From the NCBI GenBank assembly GCA_023261815.1, contig JALNKA010000002.1:68340-132339 (forward strand): a stretch of 64,000 nt of DNA. Reading direction: 5' to 3'. The position numbers and the translations under genes were made by a program. The DNA is from Candidatus Wolframiiraptor sinensis. GTDB lineage: Archaea; Thermoproteota; Nitrososphaeria_A; Caldarchaeales; Wolframiiraptoraceae. Numbering within the stretch: position 1 is the stretch's first letter; every line of letters starts with the position of its first letter. Under the pieces are notes generated by a model, which worked only from the letters and a program-made list of their open reading frames with translations, did no database searches and had not been told where the DNA came from. Shown here piece by piece: positions 1-10,033 of this stretch.

Positions 1-51
1 GCAACCCCGAGTAAATTCAAAATAGGAGCTTAGGATAATCATTTCATAGAA

Positions 52-165
52 GCCGGGGTCCCATAGCCTGGTAGTGGGTCGGCCTGGAGATTTGCGCAGA
101 CATCGGGCCCGGATAGCCGATGCCCCCTCCGGGGCGCGTGGGTTCAAATCCCACCCCCGGCGCCA
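52..165 (+). tRNA. tRNA-Ser(GGA) with a 25-nt intron at 37/38 (90..114) and encoded CCA
   Basis: Acceptor GCCGGGG/CCCCGGC, anticodon stem TCGGC/GCCGA with CT-GGA-G, long variable arm, T arm GTGGG-TTCAAAT-CCCAC, discriminator G then CCA; BHB-type helix CTGG/CCGG with AGA and ATA bulges. Confidence 0.95.
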
Positions 166-260
166 GTTTCCTCAAACCATCCCAGCAGATCCACTTCACC
201 CGCGGATATGGATCCCAAGTTGAGAAAAAGAGAAGGGGTTATGCGGTGTTATGGGTATTG

Positions 261-875
261 CTATTCGAGCAACCTCTTGAGCCGCTTATCGACTTCATCC
301 CAGTTGACGATGTTCCAGAATGCTTCCACGAAGTCCGCTCTCCTGTTCTTGTAGTCTATGTAGTAGGCGTGCTCGAAGACGTCTAAGACCATTATTATCG
401 GGAATGCCGGGTAGATGTTGAGATTGTGCTTTTCTATCTGCATTATCAGCGGCCTGCCCAGAAGCCCGCAGAACGCCAGCGCCGCCCAGCCAGATCCCTC
501 CACGCTGACCGCTGCCTGCGTGAACTCTTTTCTGAACCTCTCGAAGCTCCCGAACTCCTTCTCTATGACATCGGCCAGCCTCCCACCGGGCTTGCCGCCG
601 CCCCTACCAGGCGGCGCGAGATTCCCCCAGAACAGCGAGTGGAGGACATGCCCGCCGATATTGAAGGAGAGCTCCTTCAAGGCGGCTTTAACATCGATAT
701 CCAAGTTCCCCTTGCGCGCCTCCTCCAGCCTTCTCAATATAGCATTTGCGCCATTAACATAGGCTTGATGATGCACTGTATGATGTATTCGAAGCTGCTC
801 CTCGGACATATACGGCGCGAGATCCCCATATGCATAGGGTAGCTGCGGCAGCGAGTAAAGCTTCTCAGACGACAT
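261..875 (-). CDS. sod: Fe/Mn superoxide dismutase
   Basis: [27 protein letters not shown] and DVFEHAYY motifs. Confidence 0.97.
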   Translation of the reverse strand: MSSEKLYSLPQLPYAYGDLAPYMSEEQLRIHHTVHHQAYVNGANAILRRLEEARKGNLDIDVKAALKELSFNIGGHVLHSLFWGNLAPPGRGGGKPGGRLADVIEKEFGSFERFRKEFTQAAVSVEGSGWAALAFCGLLGRPLIMQIEKHNLNIYPAFPIIMVLDVFEHAYYIDYKNRRADFVEAFWNIVNWDEVDKRLKRLLE

Positions 876-1046
876 AACCAACTCTCACATCACACAGTTA
901 TCTTAAACAGTGTTATATACATTTCCCCCAAGAAGTGGGTGGAGTGATACGCAGTAAGGTTATCTTGATTTCAGGCCTTAAGATAAAGCGATGAAAGATC
1001 TTCGTCCTTAGGGTCTTTGAGGCTGAGTGCCGCCGCCTTCGCTGCG

Positions 1047-1466
1047 TCATTTATCCCTGCTTTCACGTCGTTTAATGAATTCTACGAGCTCGAGAACTCT
1101 TCTCTTTATCTCGTCCCTGATCTTCCTCGCCTCCTCGAGCGGCATGCCGGCTGGATCCGGGATATTCCATTCCAGCACCTTCTTGGCATATACCACGGGG
1201 CACTGCGATCCGCTGCACACTATCACCGCGAGATCGGCCTGCTCTTGGAGCTCCCTATCGAGGAGCCTTGGCTTCTTACCGCTGATGTCTATCCCCTCCT
1301 CGAGCATGAGCTTGACGGCATTTGGATGAACGCTCTCGGACGGCTTGATGCCGGCGCTAACAGCCGCCCAGCCCTCAGGAGCATAGGCATTAAAATACGC
1401 CTCAGCAATCTGGCTTCTGAAGCTATTCTCGACGCAAACGAAGAGAACTCGCCTCGATGCTTCCAA
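1047..1466 (-). CDS. arsC: Arsenate reductase / low-molecular-weight phosphatase family protein
   Basis: VLFVCVENSFRSQIAE (CX5R) loop, downstream Cys pair CSGSQCP, WNIPDP; start uncertain (TTG 1466 or 1496). Confidence 0.85.
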   Translation of the reverse strand: MEASRRVLFVCVENSFRSQIAEAYFNAYAPEGWAAVSAGIKPSESVHPNAVKLMLEEGIDISGKKPRLLDRELQEQADLAVIVCSGSQCPVVYAKKVLEWNIPDPAGMPLEEARKIRDEIKRRVLELVEFIKRRESRDK

Positions 1467-1577
1467 GAAGCACCACACATTACCTGCTGTCGACAATTAT
1501 TTTAACGTTGGCCTTCAGGTGAAAAAGCACCTGAGCCGAAATTTTATAAGCATGTTATACACCGGCTACTGCGAAGC

Positions 1578-3105
1578 ATGGCGGGCTCGCTCGAGTTGAA
1601 GGGATCGATCTTCTCCGGGATATATCGCCGAGCCGACGGGGTATATGAGTTCGCAGTTTTTGCGGGCGGAGAGTGGATTTAGAGGAATGAGTTACTTGAT
1701 GTGAGAAGTCCTATAGACCTGAGCGTCATAGGGCGGGTGCCTAGGCTCAGTTGGGAAGATGTCGATCGCGCGCTCGATGTTGTCTATGAATCTGGGAGAT
1801 GGAGGATTCGGGATACTCCCGGGTGGAGGAGATTGGAGATGCTTGAGAGGTTGGCTGGGCTCATGGAGGAGCATAAAGACGACTTGGTGGAATCTCTCAT
1901 GATCAATTCCGGGAAGACTCGATCCCAGGCCCTTGGGGAAGTTAATGCGAGCATAGATAGGCTCAGAAGAGCTGACCTTGATGCCAGGAAGATATATGGG
2001 GAGTATATGCCGGGCGATTGGGATCCCACGACGATCGAGACGGAGGCGGTGGTTAGGCGCGAACCCTTCGGAGTGGTGCTCGCGATAATTCCGTTCAACT
2101 ATCCACTGTTTGATGCGGTCTCGAAATTCGCTTATAGCATCGTCGCGGGAAATGCTGTCGTCATCAAGCCGCCCTCCGCCGACCCGATACCCGTACTGCT
2201 TTTCGCCAAGCTTGTCGAGGAGTCGGGTTTCCCGAGAGAGGCCTTCTCCGTTCTAACCATTCCCGGCAGAGAGTCCGATAGGTTGATAGCAGATCGGAGA
2301 ATTCAGGTCATAAGCTTCACTGGGAGCAGCATGACCGGAAAAAAGGTGATACAGACAGCCGGAATCAAGCAGTTCATAATGGAGCTAGGCGGAGGCGATC
2401 CCGCGATAGTCTTGCCTGATGCTGACCTAGATTTTGCTGCTGAGAGGATTGCAGCCGGGATCTACAGCTACGCGGGCCAAAGATGCGATGCAATAAAGCT
2501 AATCTTGGTTGCCGAGGAAATATACTCCGAGTTCAAGGATAAGCTCGTCTCAGAGTTCTCTAAGGTGGTTGTGGGGGATCCTCGCGATGAAAAGACCACC
2601 ATGGGACCGCTGATAAGCCCCGAATCAGTTGATGAGATGATGAAGAGCGTGGATGAGGCCGTGAAGGCAGGCGGCAGAGTATTATGTGGCGGGAAGAGGT
2701 TGGGCGAGACCTATGTCGAGCCCACACTCATCGAGATCCTAGATAAGAACGCGTTGAGGAGTCTCAAACTGTATAAGGAGGAGATCTTCGCGCCCATTGT
2801 TCTGATCACGAGCTTCAGCGACTTGGAGGAGGCGATCGAGCTGGCCAATGGAAGGTCCTACGGACTTGATGCGGCAATCTTCGGACACAACATAGATCAG
2901 GTAAGAAAGCTCGTTAGATTCTTGGAGTTCGGCGCGATCTACGTAAACGACATGCCGCGGCACGGCATGGGCTATTATCCATTCGGTGGCCGAAAAGAAT
3001 CCGGCATAAGGAGAGAGGGCGTCGGCTACTCCATCGAATACGTAACGGCTTATAAGACCATAGTTTATAACTTCAGAGAAAAAGGGGGTGTGGAGGTATC
3101 TGTAG
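1578..3105 (+). pseudogene. gapN: Non-phosphorylating glyceraldehyde-3-phosphate dehydrogenase (GAPN), interrupted by in-frame TAG (1680..1682) and a +1 frameshift near 3084-3088
   Basis: ALDH motifs PFNYP, SFTGS, MELGGGDP, YAGQRCDA, EIFAP, PFGG; GAPN-type RWxxRDxPG and YxPGDW; ATG 1578 is in frame with ORF 1701; a GVWRYL* C-terminus lies in the +1 frame. Confidence 0.85.
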
Positions 3106-3117
3106 GCAACGGGCTGC

Positions 3118-3675
3118 TTAGAAGCCTGTGTATTTATCTCTCGGCGCGTTGCAGATGGGACACTTCTCCGGAGGCTCATCTCCAACGTATGTGTGCCCGC
3201 AGATCGAGCAGATCCAGACCTTTCCTTTCAGCGGCCAATCCTCCCCCTTATCAGCATAACCCTTGGCCTCCCTGTAAAGTTGGGCATGAATCTTTTCGGC
3301 TTCATAGGCCCACTGAAAGCTCTGCTCAGCCCCCTTAACACCTTGGAACCTCGCGATCTCAATGTAAACGGGGTACATCTCATTGATCTCATATTCCTCG
3401 CCCATGATGCCGAGCTCTAGGTTCTTTGAGGTATTTCCCGGGCCCGCCGGAGTCCCCGCAATCGCCTTGAAATCCTCCTTATACTCTCTTAGATTGTTGT
3501 AGTGATTTCTAGCGTGGACGAACTCAGCGTGAGCTACGGCCCTGAAAAGCCTCGCTATATTTGGAAACTTCTCCCTCTCGGCCACATCGGCGAAAACGAG
3601 ATACCTCATATGGGCCATAGACTCGCCGGCGAATGCGCTCAGCAAGGCATCCTTCGTCATGGGTCTAACAGGCAT
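3118..3675 (-). CDS. rbr: Rubrerythrin
   Basis: AFAGES, EFVHA, EKIHA diiron motifs and C-terminal CxxC...CxxC rubredoxin domain. Confidence 0.95.
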   Translation of the reverse strand: MPVRPMTKDALLSAFAGESMAHMRYLVFADVAEREKFPNIARLFRAVAHAEFVHARNHYNNLREYKEDFKAIAGTPAGPGNTSKNLELGIMGEEYEINEMYPVYIEIARFQGVKGAEQSFQWAYEAEKIHAQLYREAKGYADKGEDWPLKGKVWICSICGHTYVGDEPPEKCPICNAPRDKYTGF

Positions 3676-3775
3676 GGCTCACACGAGTACCAGTATAAAA
3701 CGCTGTTATATAAGCGTTGTTTTTAAGGGACTTCTTCAAAAACATTTTAAACACCTCTGAACCAATTACATTGGC

Positions 3776-4081
3776 ATGGCGGGCGAGAGTTCCAGGTGCT
3801 CAGAATGCCTGAGGTGTTCTCCTCACCCGATCTATCCATTTATAATGATCTGCCTAGAGGCTTGCCGCGTGGTCTCCGGCGTGGAGGAATGCTCGGTCTA
3901 TATCAAGAGAGATTTTGACGAATTGGCTAAGCTCCTTCTTGAGCGTGGCGTCCTTTATTGCGCCGACTGCCGGCAGCCGATTTACTCGCAGGATGAGCTG
4001 CCCCGGCATGCTGGGGATCGGGTGATAGCGGCATTTCCACCAGATGATGTTTCCTACGAGGAATCTCCGGCGGCGGATTAG
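3776..4081 (+). CDS. Small Cys-rich hypothetical protein, probably metal binding
   Basis: TTTTAAA box upstream, CxxCxxC and YCxxC-x12-H motifs, ends 10 nt before the OFOR alpha start. Confidence 0.7.
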   Translation: MAGESSRCSECLRCSPHPIYPFIMICLEACRVVSGVEECSVYIKRDFDELAKLLLERGVLYCADCRQPIYSQDELPRHAGDRVIAAFPPDDVSYEESPAAD

Positions 4082-4091
4082 GCGTGAGAGA

Positions 4092-6002
4092 ATGAGGGAC
4101 GAAGCTTGCCTGATAATTGGAGGGCCTCAGGGAGCGGGGCTTGAGACAACGGCTCAGCTTCTAACAATCTCTCTAGCTAGGCTCAGGTATGGCGTGATAT
4201 CTGATAGAGAATATTTCTCGAATATAGTTGGAAGGCACAGCTACATCCACCTGAGGGCATCCTCAATCAGGCTTCCAAGATCCCTCACCTACCCAATTCA
4301 GCTGCTGGGGGCGATGGACGCTGAGACCATTTTCACGCACTTTCAGGATGTTGAGCGAGGTGGCGTGCTGGTTTACGATCTCTCAACCGAGAATAAGGCA
4401 TTCGATAGCATACCGAGCATGGAGAAGGAGCTCGTGGACAGGCTTAAGCGTCTATTCGGCGAGCTCGGAGTAGATGGATCAATCAAGAGTCTCGTGAGCT
4501 ACATGTCTCGCGAGAGAGGGATAATAGCCGCCGGCTTGAACTACGCGGATTTGATAGCGAGCTTCGCCAAGAGGATTGCTTTACCGGCGCAGCAGGCATC
4601 CAGATACGTGAGCGCGATCGTTTATGGCGCTATAGCAGCATTTCTCGGGCTGAACCAGAGTAGCATCGAGTACGCGATAGCAGCGAGGTTTCGTGGAAGA
4701 GATCAGATAATATCTATCAACAAGTTGATTGTCGGAGAAGTCTATCAGCTGATCAGGGAAAGGCATCAATCCCCGGTCACGCTAGCTCCATCCGCGCTAA
4801 ATCAAAGTGAGCTTATGGTTGTCTCGGGAAACGACGTGGTAGCGATGGGCAAGATTGTTGGCGGTGTGAGGTATCAGAGTTATTATCCGATAACGCCCGC
4901 GGCCGACGAGAGTTTCTTCATCGAGGCGAATGAGCGGATCGAGTTTGATGGATCGGATATAGCGTCCATAGTGGTCCTTCAGACCGAGGATGAGATCGCA
5001 GCGATAGCTTCAGCGATAGGTGCGGCCTTAACGGGCGCTAGGGCGGCCACCTGCACAAGCGGACCTGGATTCAGCCTCATGGTGGAAGCTCTCGGATGGG
5101 CTGGAATTAACGAGGTCCCGATCGTGGTAACCTATTATCAGCGGGGCGGCCCCAGCACGGGCCAGCCGACGAGGGGGAGCCAGGCCGATCTTCTATTCGC
5201 TCTCCACGCCTCGCATGGAGAGTTCCCGAGAATAGTGATCTCCTCGGGAGATCATTTGGAAGCTTTTTATGATGCGATCGAGGCCTTCAACCTCGCCGAG
5301 AAGTACCAGATGCCCGTGATACACTTGCTTGACAAGTTCCTGGCTAACACGATAACCACGATGCTGCCCCCAAACCTCGATAATGTTAGAATAGAACGGG
5401 GCAGAATTGTGACGATAAGCTCGGGAGCGCAGAAGAGGTTCGACTCGTTCGAGAAGTTGCCTCCGAGATTCGTTCTCGGATCCGGGGCAATCATCTGGCA
5501 TTCCGGAGATGAGCATGACGAGTGGGGGCACATAAACGAGGATCCGGAGAATAGAGAAAAGATGTATAGAAGAAGGATGGAGAAGCTGGCTCTCGCCGAC
5601 CGAGAGATCCCAGAGGAATCTAGGCTTTCATATTATGGGGAAGATGACGCGGATGTGCTGCTCGTCGGATGGGGGTCCGTGAAGGGAGCCGCGATAGATT
5701 CCATCGAGGAGCTTGGAAAGGAAGGGATTAAGGCGGCTTACATGCACCTCAGAATACTCTCACCATTCCCATCAAGGCTCTTCAAGAAAATAGTGGAGCG
5801 CTTTGATGCTGGCAAACTGATAGCGGTCGAGCACAACTACATGGCTCAACTAGCCATATTGATTAACATGAGAACGGGCGCAAAAATCGAGAAGAGTATA
5901 GTGAAGTATACCGGGAGACCAATATATCAAAATGAGCTGATCGAAGCAGTTAAGAGAATATTGCGCGGTGAGAGCAGGGTGGTGCTGTCTCATGGCCCCT
6001 GA
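4092..6002 (+). CDS. 2-oxoacid:ferredoxin oxidoreductase alpha subunit (gamma-alpha fusion)
   Basis: [47 protein letters not shown] motifs. Confidence 0.95.
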   Translation: MRDEACLIIGGPQGAGLETTAQLLTISLARLRYGVISDREYFSNIVGRHSYIHLRASSIRLPRSLTYPIQLLGAMDAETIFTHFQDVERGGVLVYDLSTENKAFDSIPSMEKELVDRLKRLFGELGVDGSIKSLVSYMSRERGIIAAGLNYADLIASFAKRIALPAQQASRYVSAIVYGAIAAFLGLNQSSIEYAIAARFRGRDQIISINKLIVGEVYQLIRERHQSPVTLAPSALNQSELMVVSGNDVVAMGKIVGGVRYQSYYPITPAADESFFIEANERIEFDGSDIASIVVLQTEDEIAAIASAIGAALTGARAATCTSGPGFSLMVEALGWAGINEVPIVVTYYQRGGPSTGQPTRGSQADLLFALHASHGEFPRIVISSGDHLEAFYDAIEAFNLAEKYQMPVIHLLDKFLANTITTMLPPNLDNVRIERGRIVTISSGAQKRFDSFEKLPPRFVLGSGAIIWHSGDEHDEWGHINEDPENREKMYRRRMEKLALADREIPEESRLSYYGEDDADVLLVGWGSVKGAAIDSIEELGKEGIKAAYMHLRILSPFPSRLFKKIVERFDAGKLIAVEHNYMAQLAILINMRTGAKIEKSIVKYTGRPIYQNELIEAVKRILRGESRVVLSHGP

Positions 6003-6930
6003 CTTAGCCGATTACAAGACCGATGTTTGGGTTGACTGGTGTCCGGGATGCGGGAACTACGGGATATTGGCGGCGATGCACAAGGCCCTCGCCGAGCTAC
6101 AGCTCCCGCCAGAGAAGGCCGTGATCGTGAGCGGGATAGGGTGCTCGGGCAAGACGCCGCATTTCATCAAGGTAAATGGTGTTCACGCTATCCATGGGAG
6201 AGCAATACCCTATGCCATGGGAATTAAGTTGGCGAACCCAAGATTGACGGTAATAGTTAATGGAGGCGATGGAGATCTTCTTGGGATAGGCGCAGGCCAC
6301 TTCGTGGCCCTCGGAAGGAGAAATCTCGACGTGACGGTCATACTGCATGATAACAGGGTTTACGGCCTCACGAAGGGCCAAGCTGCACCGACGCTCGAGA
6401 GGGGCCTCATGCCTAAAGCTCTTCCAAGGCCAAACATACAGGACGCCGTGAATCCGATAGCGCTAGCCCTTTCCTCGGGCTTCACGTTCGTGGCCAGGGG
6501 ATATTCCCTCATGACCGAGCACCTCAAGGAGTTGATCAAGATGGCGGTGAGGCACAAAGGAGCCGCATTCATCGACGTGCTTCAGCCATGCATAACGTAC
6601 AACGACATCCATACTCCGGAGTACTATCGCGGAAGAATTTATCGGGTTGAGGAAAGTGGGTGGGACCCGGTTGTGAAGGATCCCGTGGAGAGGCGCGATA
6701 AGCTTCTGGAGGCTCTTAGGCGATCGATGGAGAACGGGGATAGAATACCGGTGGGCTTATTCTACCAAGATCCGACGCGCGATATCATGGAAGATAGAAT
6801 AGCCGGTAGGCTACCAAGTTACCTGGCGAACCCACCGGCGGCTCAGAAGATCGAGGATTATGGTAAACCCGTGATCACCGAGAAGATTTTCAGGAGAATA
6901 TTCGCGGCCTATTTCGTGAAGACGGAATAA
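5992..6930 (+). CDS. 2-oxoacid:ferredoxin oxidoreductase beta subunit
   Basis: WCPGCGN, SGIGCS, GGDGD TPP motif, YGLTKGQ, QPCITYN; overlaps alpha stop. Confidence 0.95.
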   Translation: MAPDLADYKTDVWVDWCPGCGNYGILAAMHKALAELQLPPEKAVIVSGIGCSGKTPHFIKVNGVHAIHGRAIPYAMGIKLANPRLTVIVNGGDGDLLGIGAGHFVALGRRNLDVTVILHDNRVYGLTKGQAAPTLERGLMPKALPRPNIQDAVNPIALALSSGFTFVARGYSLMTEHLKELIKMAVRHKGAAFIDVLQPCITYNDIHTPEYYRGRIYRVEESGWDPVVKDPVERRDKLLEALRRSMENGDRIPVGLFYQDPTRDIMEDRIAGRLPSYLANPPAAQKIEDYGKPVITEKIFRRIFAAYFVKTE

Positions 6931-6948
6931 GCGGCTTCCACACGGCTT

Positions 6949-7887
6949 TTAACGGCCTTTAATGCTCTCCACGTATCTTATCGCTTCAAGCGCGGCTATG
7001 CAGCCGAATCCAGCGGATGTTATCGCCTGCCTGTATCGCTTATCCATGACCTCGCCGGCGGCGAAGACCCCCTCAACGCTGGTCTTGACGAGATCCCTCG
7101 TAATCACATAGCCCTCCTCATCCAGCTCCAGCCATCCACGGAATATCTCGGTCATCGGCTTATGGCCTATCGCTATGAAGACCGCGTCGCATTCCACTTT
7201 GATGAGCTCGCCGCTCAACAGATTCCTGACGAGCACGCCCCTCACACGATCCTCGCCAATTATGTCCTCGACGACGCTGTTCCAGATTATCGTGATCTTG
7301 GGCTCGGATAGCAGCCTATCTTGGAGGATTTTGGACGCCCTAAGCCTATCCCTTCTATGAATAAGGGTCACGTGCTCCGCCACCTTAGCGCAGAAGAGCG
7401 CATATTCGGCAGCGCTATCCCCTCCACCAACAACCACGAGGTTCTTAGCCCCCCTATAGAGGGGAGCATCGCACGTGGCGCAAGTCGAGACCCCTCTTCC
7501 CATTAGCCTCTGCTCAGACTCCAGGCCCAAGGGCCTGGGATAAGCTCCAGTAGCTACTATGACAGATAGCGCGCGATACTCCACATTCCTAACAAAAATC
7601 TTGAATGGACGTGATGCGAAATCAACGCCTGTTGCATCTTCGTGCAATATCTCGGCTCCAAACCTTTTTGCCTGCTCCATCATTTCCATCATCAAGTCCG
7701 GGCCTCTGATACCCTCGGAGAAGCCGGGAAAGTTCTCGACGATCGTGGTCTTCATGAGCTGGCCGCCCGGGGCTACGCCGCCTATCACTAAGGTTCTTAA
7801 GCCAGCCCTAGCGGCATAAATCGCTGCGGTGCATCCAGCCGGTCCAGAACCCAAAATAACGACATCATATAATTCCCCCGAGCCCAT
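6949..7887 (-). CDS. trxB: Thioredoxin-disulfide reductase
   Basis: GSGPAG, IVATGA, CATCD active site, GGGDSA, HRRD, GVFAAG. Confidence 0.95.
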   Translation of the reverse strand: MGSGELYDVVILGSGPAGCTAAIYAARAGLRTLVIGGVAPGGQLMKTTIVENFPGFSEGIRGPDLMMEMMEQAKRFGAEILHEDATGVDFASRPFKIFVRNVEYRALSVIVATGAYPRPLGLESEQRLMGRGVSTCATCDAPLYRGAKNLVVVGGGDSAAEYALFCAKVAEHVTLIHRRDRLRASKILQDRLLSEPKITIIWNSVVEDIIGEDRVRGVLVRNLLSGELIKVECDAVFIAIGHKPMTEIFRGWLELDEEGYVITRDLVKTSVEGVFAAGEVMDKRYRQAITSAGFGCIAALEAIRYVESIKGR

Positions 7888-7998
7888 GATGAATTTGATC
7901 TAGCAGGCCAATATAAGATTTGGTGGCCTCTTCAACGAAGAAGCCCATCCGGATTCAGGGAACATGATGCGCGCTCTCGAATTCCTGACCTCTTCCAT

Positions 7999-9096
7999 CT
8001 ATAGAATCATGTTAAGGAAATATCCGACAAATACTATCTGTGGGATTGTAAGTATGGGAAGCCATAGCGCGGCTTTCTTGCCTATGTTGGACCAGATTAG
8101 GCCTATCTCCGTATAATCCGTCGCAACGCCCGCCATAAGGAACACGAGCGCGTTGCCGAAAGCCCCGGTCTGCCCGTAAATCTCTAGGGCGAGTGGGGCC
8201 GTTCCCTCCGAGCACACCTCTATCACGGTCGCGAAGATCAGCGTCGCCAGCAAACCGGGGAGAGTCGGCCCCATATAATTCATGAGGATCTCCCCGGGGA
8301 CGTAGGCCCGAATCGCGGCGGCGATGAGCATCCCTATAACGATCCACCACAATATCATCCTAGTCAGCTCCCATGAGCCTTTAAGAACGCCGACCAGATC
8401 TCTGAAAACATTTCCAGCGCTGAGATCATACCCGCGCCACCTTGCCCTAATATCGACTAGAATCGAGAAGTTATCCTCGATGTTACCTTGGTGAGCGTTG
8501 CACTCCACCAAGCCAGCCCTATCCAGCGCCTGATACAGTAGACCCGTGATTACGGCGATAGCTATCGCGGAGATGAGGAATATCAAGCCTTTAAGCCCAA
8601 AGAGCCCGAGCAGCAGTATGGTGATCGGCAGGCTGGCCCACGGCGAGGCCAGTAGAAATGCGATCACGGCGGGTGTTGAAGCCCCCTTCCTATAAAGCTC
8701 CATGGATATCGCGAGAATTCCATGGGAGCAGGCGGATGCGAGAAATCCAAGGCCAACCGAGTAGATCACGTTCCTCTTATCGTGCCGGGCGAGAAGTCTC
8801 CAGACGTACTCACGCGGAACAAATCGGTCGATCAAGCCGCCCACGAGCAGCCCAACAGTCATCGGCAGCCATATAATCCCCACATAATCGTGGAATGAGG
8901 ATAATAGGCTCCCCAGAACCGATGCTCCGAATTTGTCTAAGACAATATGGGCCGCGTAGAGGGCGATCAGCCCCAAAGCTACTAGGAGAAGCCTCTCCTC
9001 ATACCACCTCTTAGATTCACGGGAACAAACATGACAGCACTCACCATCATGCTCGACCCCACAAGCACGACCCAAACTCTCAACCACCCCCAGCAC
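7999..9096 (-). CDS. Predicted permease (ArsP/DUF318-like)
   Basis: Multiple hydrophobic helices, two internal repeats with ACSHG and VCSEG, FLLASP; Cys/His-rich N-terminus. Confidence 0.75.
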   Translation of the reverse strand: MLGVVESLGRACGVEHDGECCHVCSRESKRWYEERLLLVALGLIALYAAHIVLDKFGASVLGSLLSSFHDYVGIIWLPMTVGLLVGGLIDRFVPREYVWRLLARHDKRNVIYSVGLGFLASACSHGILAISMELYRKGASTPAVIAFLLASPWASLPITILLLGLFGLKGLIFLISAIAIAVITGLLYQALDRAGLVECNAHQGNIEDNFSILVDIRARWRGYDLSAGNVFRDLVGVLKGSWELTRMILWWIVIGMLIAAAIRAYVPGEILMNYMGPTLPGLLATLIFATVIEVCSEGTAPLALEIYGQTGAFGNALVFLMAGVATDYTEIGLIWSNIGKKAALWLPILTIPQIVFVGYFLNMIL

Positions 9097-9211
9097 GGGC
9101 AGCTATACCCGCGAGAATCCCCATCAAATAACACCCCACCAAATATAACTTTGTTATCTACATAATAAACCTTGATGGGAATGCTTAAATTATGACAATG
9201 TTATTTTACAC

Positions 9212-9972
9212 ATGATGCTTAACTTGAGCGATAGGGTGGCTATAGTGACCGGCGCAGGCCAGGGGATAGGCAGGGAGGTCTTCCTGCAGCTTGCTCAAGC
9301 CGGCGCAAAGGTGGTTTTGATCGATGTTAGTGATAAGGTTTTCGATGTTTTGAGGGAGATTAGGGGTTTTGGCGGAGATGGTCTGGCCATTAAATGCGAT
9401 GTATCGCGTTGGGAGGATGTTCAGGCGGCGGTGAATCAGGTACTGGATAAATTCGGGAGGATTGATATACTCGTCAATAATGCGGGCATTTATCCGTTTA
9501 AGCCGTTTACGGAGATGGGCGAGCAGGATTGGGATAAGGTTCTAGACGTAAATCTCAAGGGAGTATTCAATTTCACGAGGGCCGTTCTGCCGAGGATGAT
9601 TGAGCAGAGAAGGGGTAAGATAAGGGTAAGATAATAAACATATCCTCAATCGCTGGATCTGTCGTGGGCTTTCCGAACCTGGTCCACTACTCGGCTAGCA
9701 AGGCGGGGATAATTGGGTTCACGAGGGCGCTGGCCCTCGAGACAGCTCAATACGGCATAACCGTGAATGCGATATCCCCAGGTCCTATCGAGACGCCAGG
9801 CATAGGGGTTCTAAGCAAGGAGGCCTACGAGCAGGTGAGGCGAGCTATTCCCCTAGGGAGATTTGGGAAGCCGGAGGAGGTCGCCTACTTAGTGCTCTTT
9901 CTGGCGAGCGATAAATCGGACTTCATAACCGGGCAAAATATAGTGATAGATGGCGGCTACACAATACAGTAG
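9212..9972 (+). pseudogene. Short-chain dehydrogenase/reductase (FabG-like) split by an 11-bp tandem duplication
   Basis: TGAGQGIG and NNAG in the first ORF, YSASK, SPG and DGG in the second; GGGTAAGATAA duplicated at 9613..9634. Confidence 0.9.
9613..9634 (+). repeat. Perfect tandem duplication GGGTAAGATAA x2
   Basis: Read directly; removing one copy restores RRGKIINISSIAG. Confidence 0.95.
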
Positions 9973-10033
9973 AAGCGCCCCCAGCCTCCTCCAATATTTT
10001 TATGCACGGCATTTGTGGGCGCCGTGAAACTGA

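Noticed and set aside
898-986. Repeated TTATCTTRA / TTAAGATAA words upstream of sod as an operator
   Set aside because: The same word forms the TATA region of tRNA-Gln, so it cannot be separated from ordinary promoter sequence
1680-1682. Genome-wide TAG reassignment (pyrrolysine-type code)
   Set aside because: Many conserved genes here end correctly at TAG (e.g. rtcB, eif2g, rps4, gltX); only one in-frame case was seen
7935-7990. Possible C/D sRNA (ATGATGC...CTGA)
   Set aside because: Only one imperfect box pair, and no target complementarity could be verified
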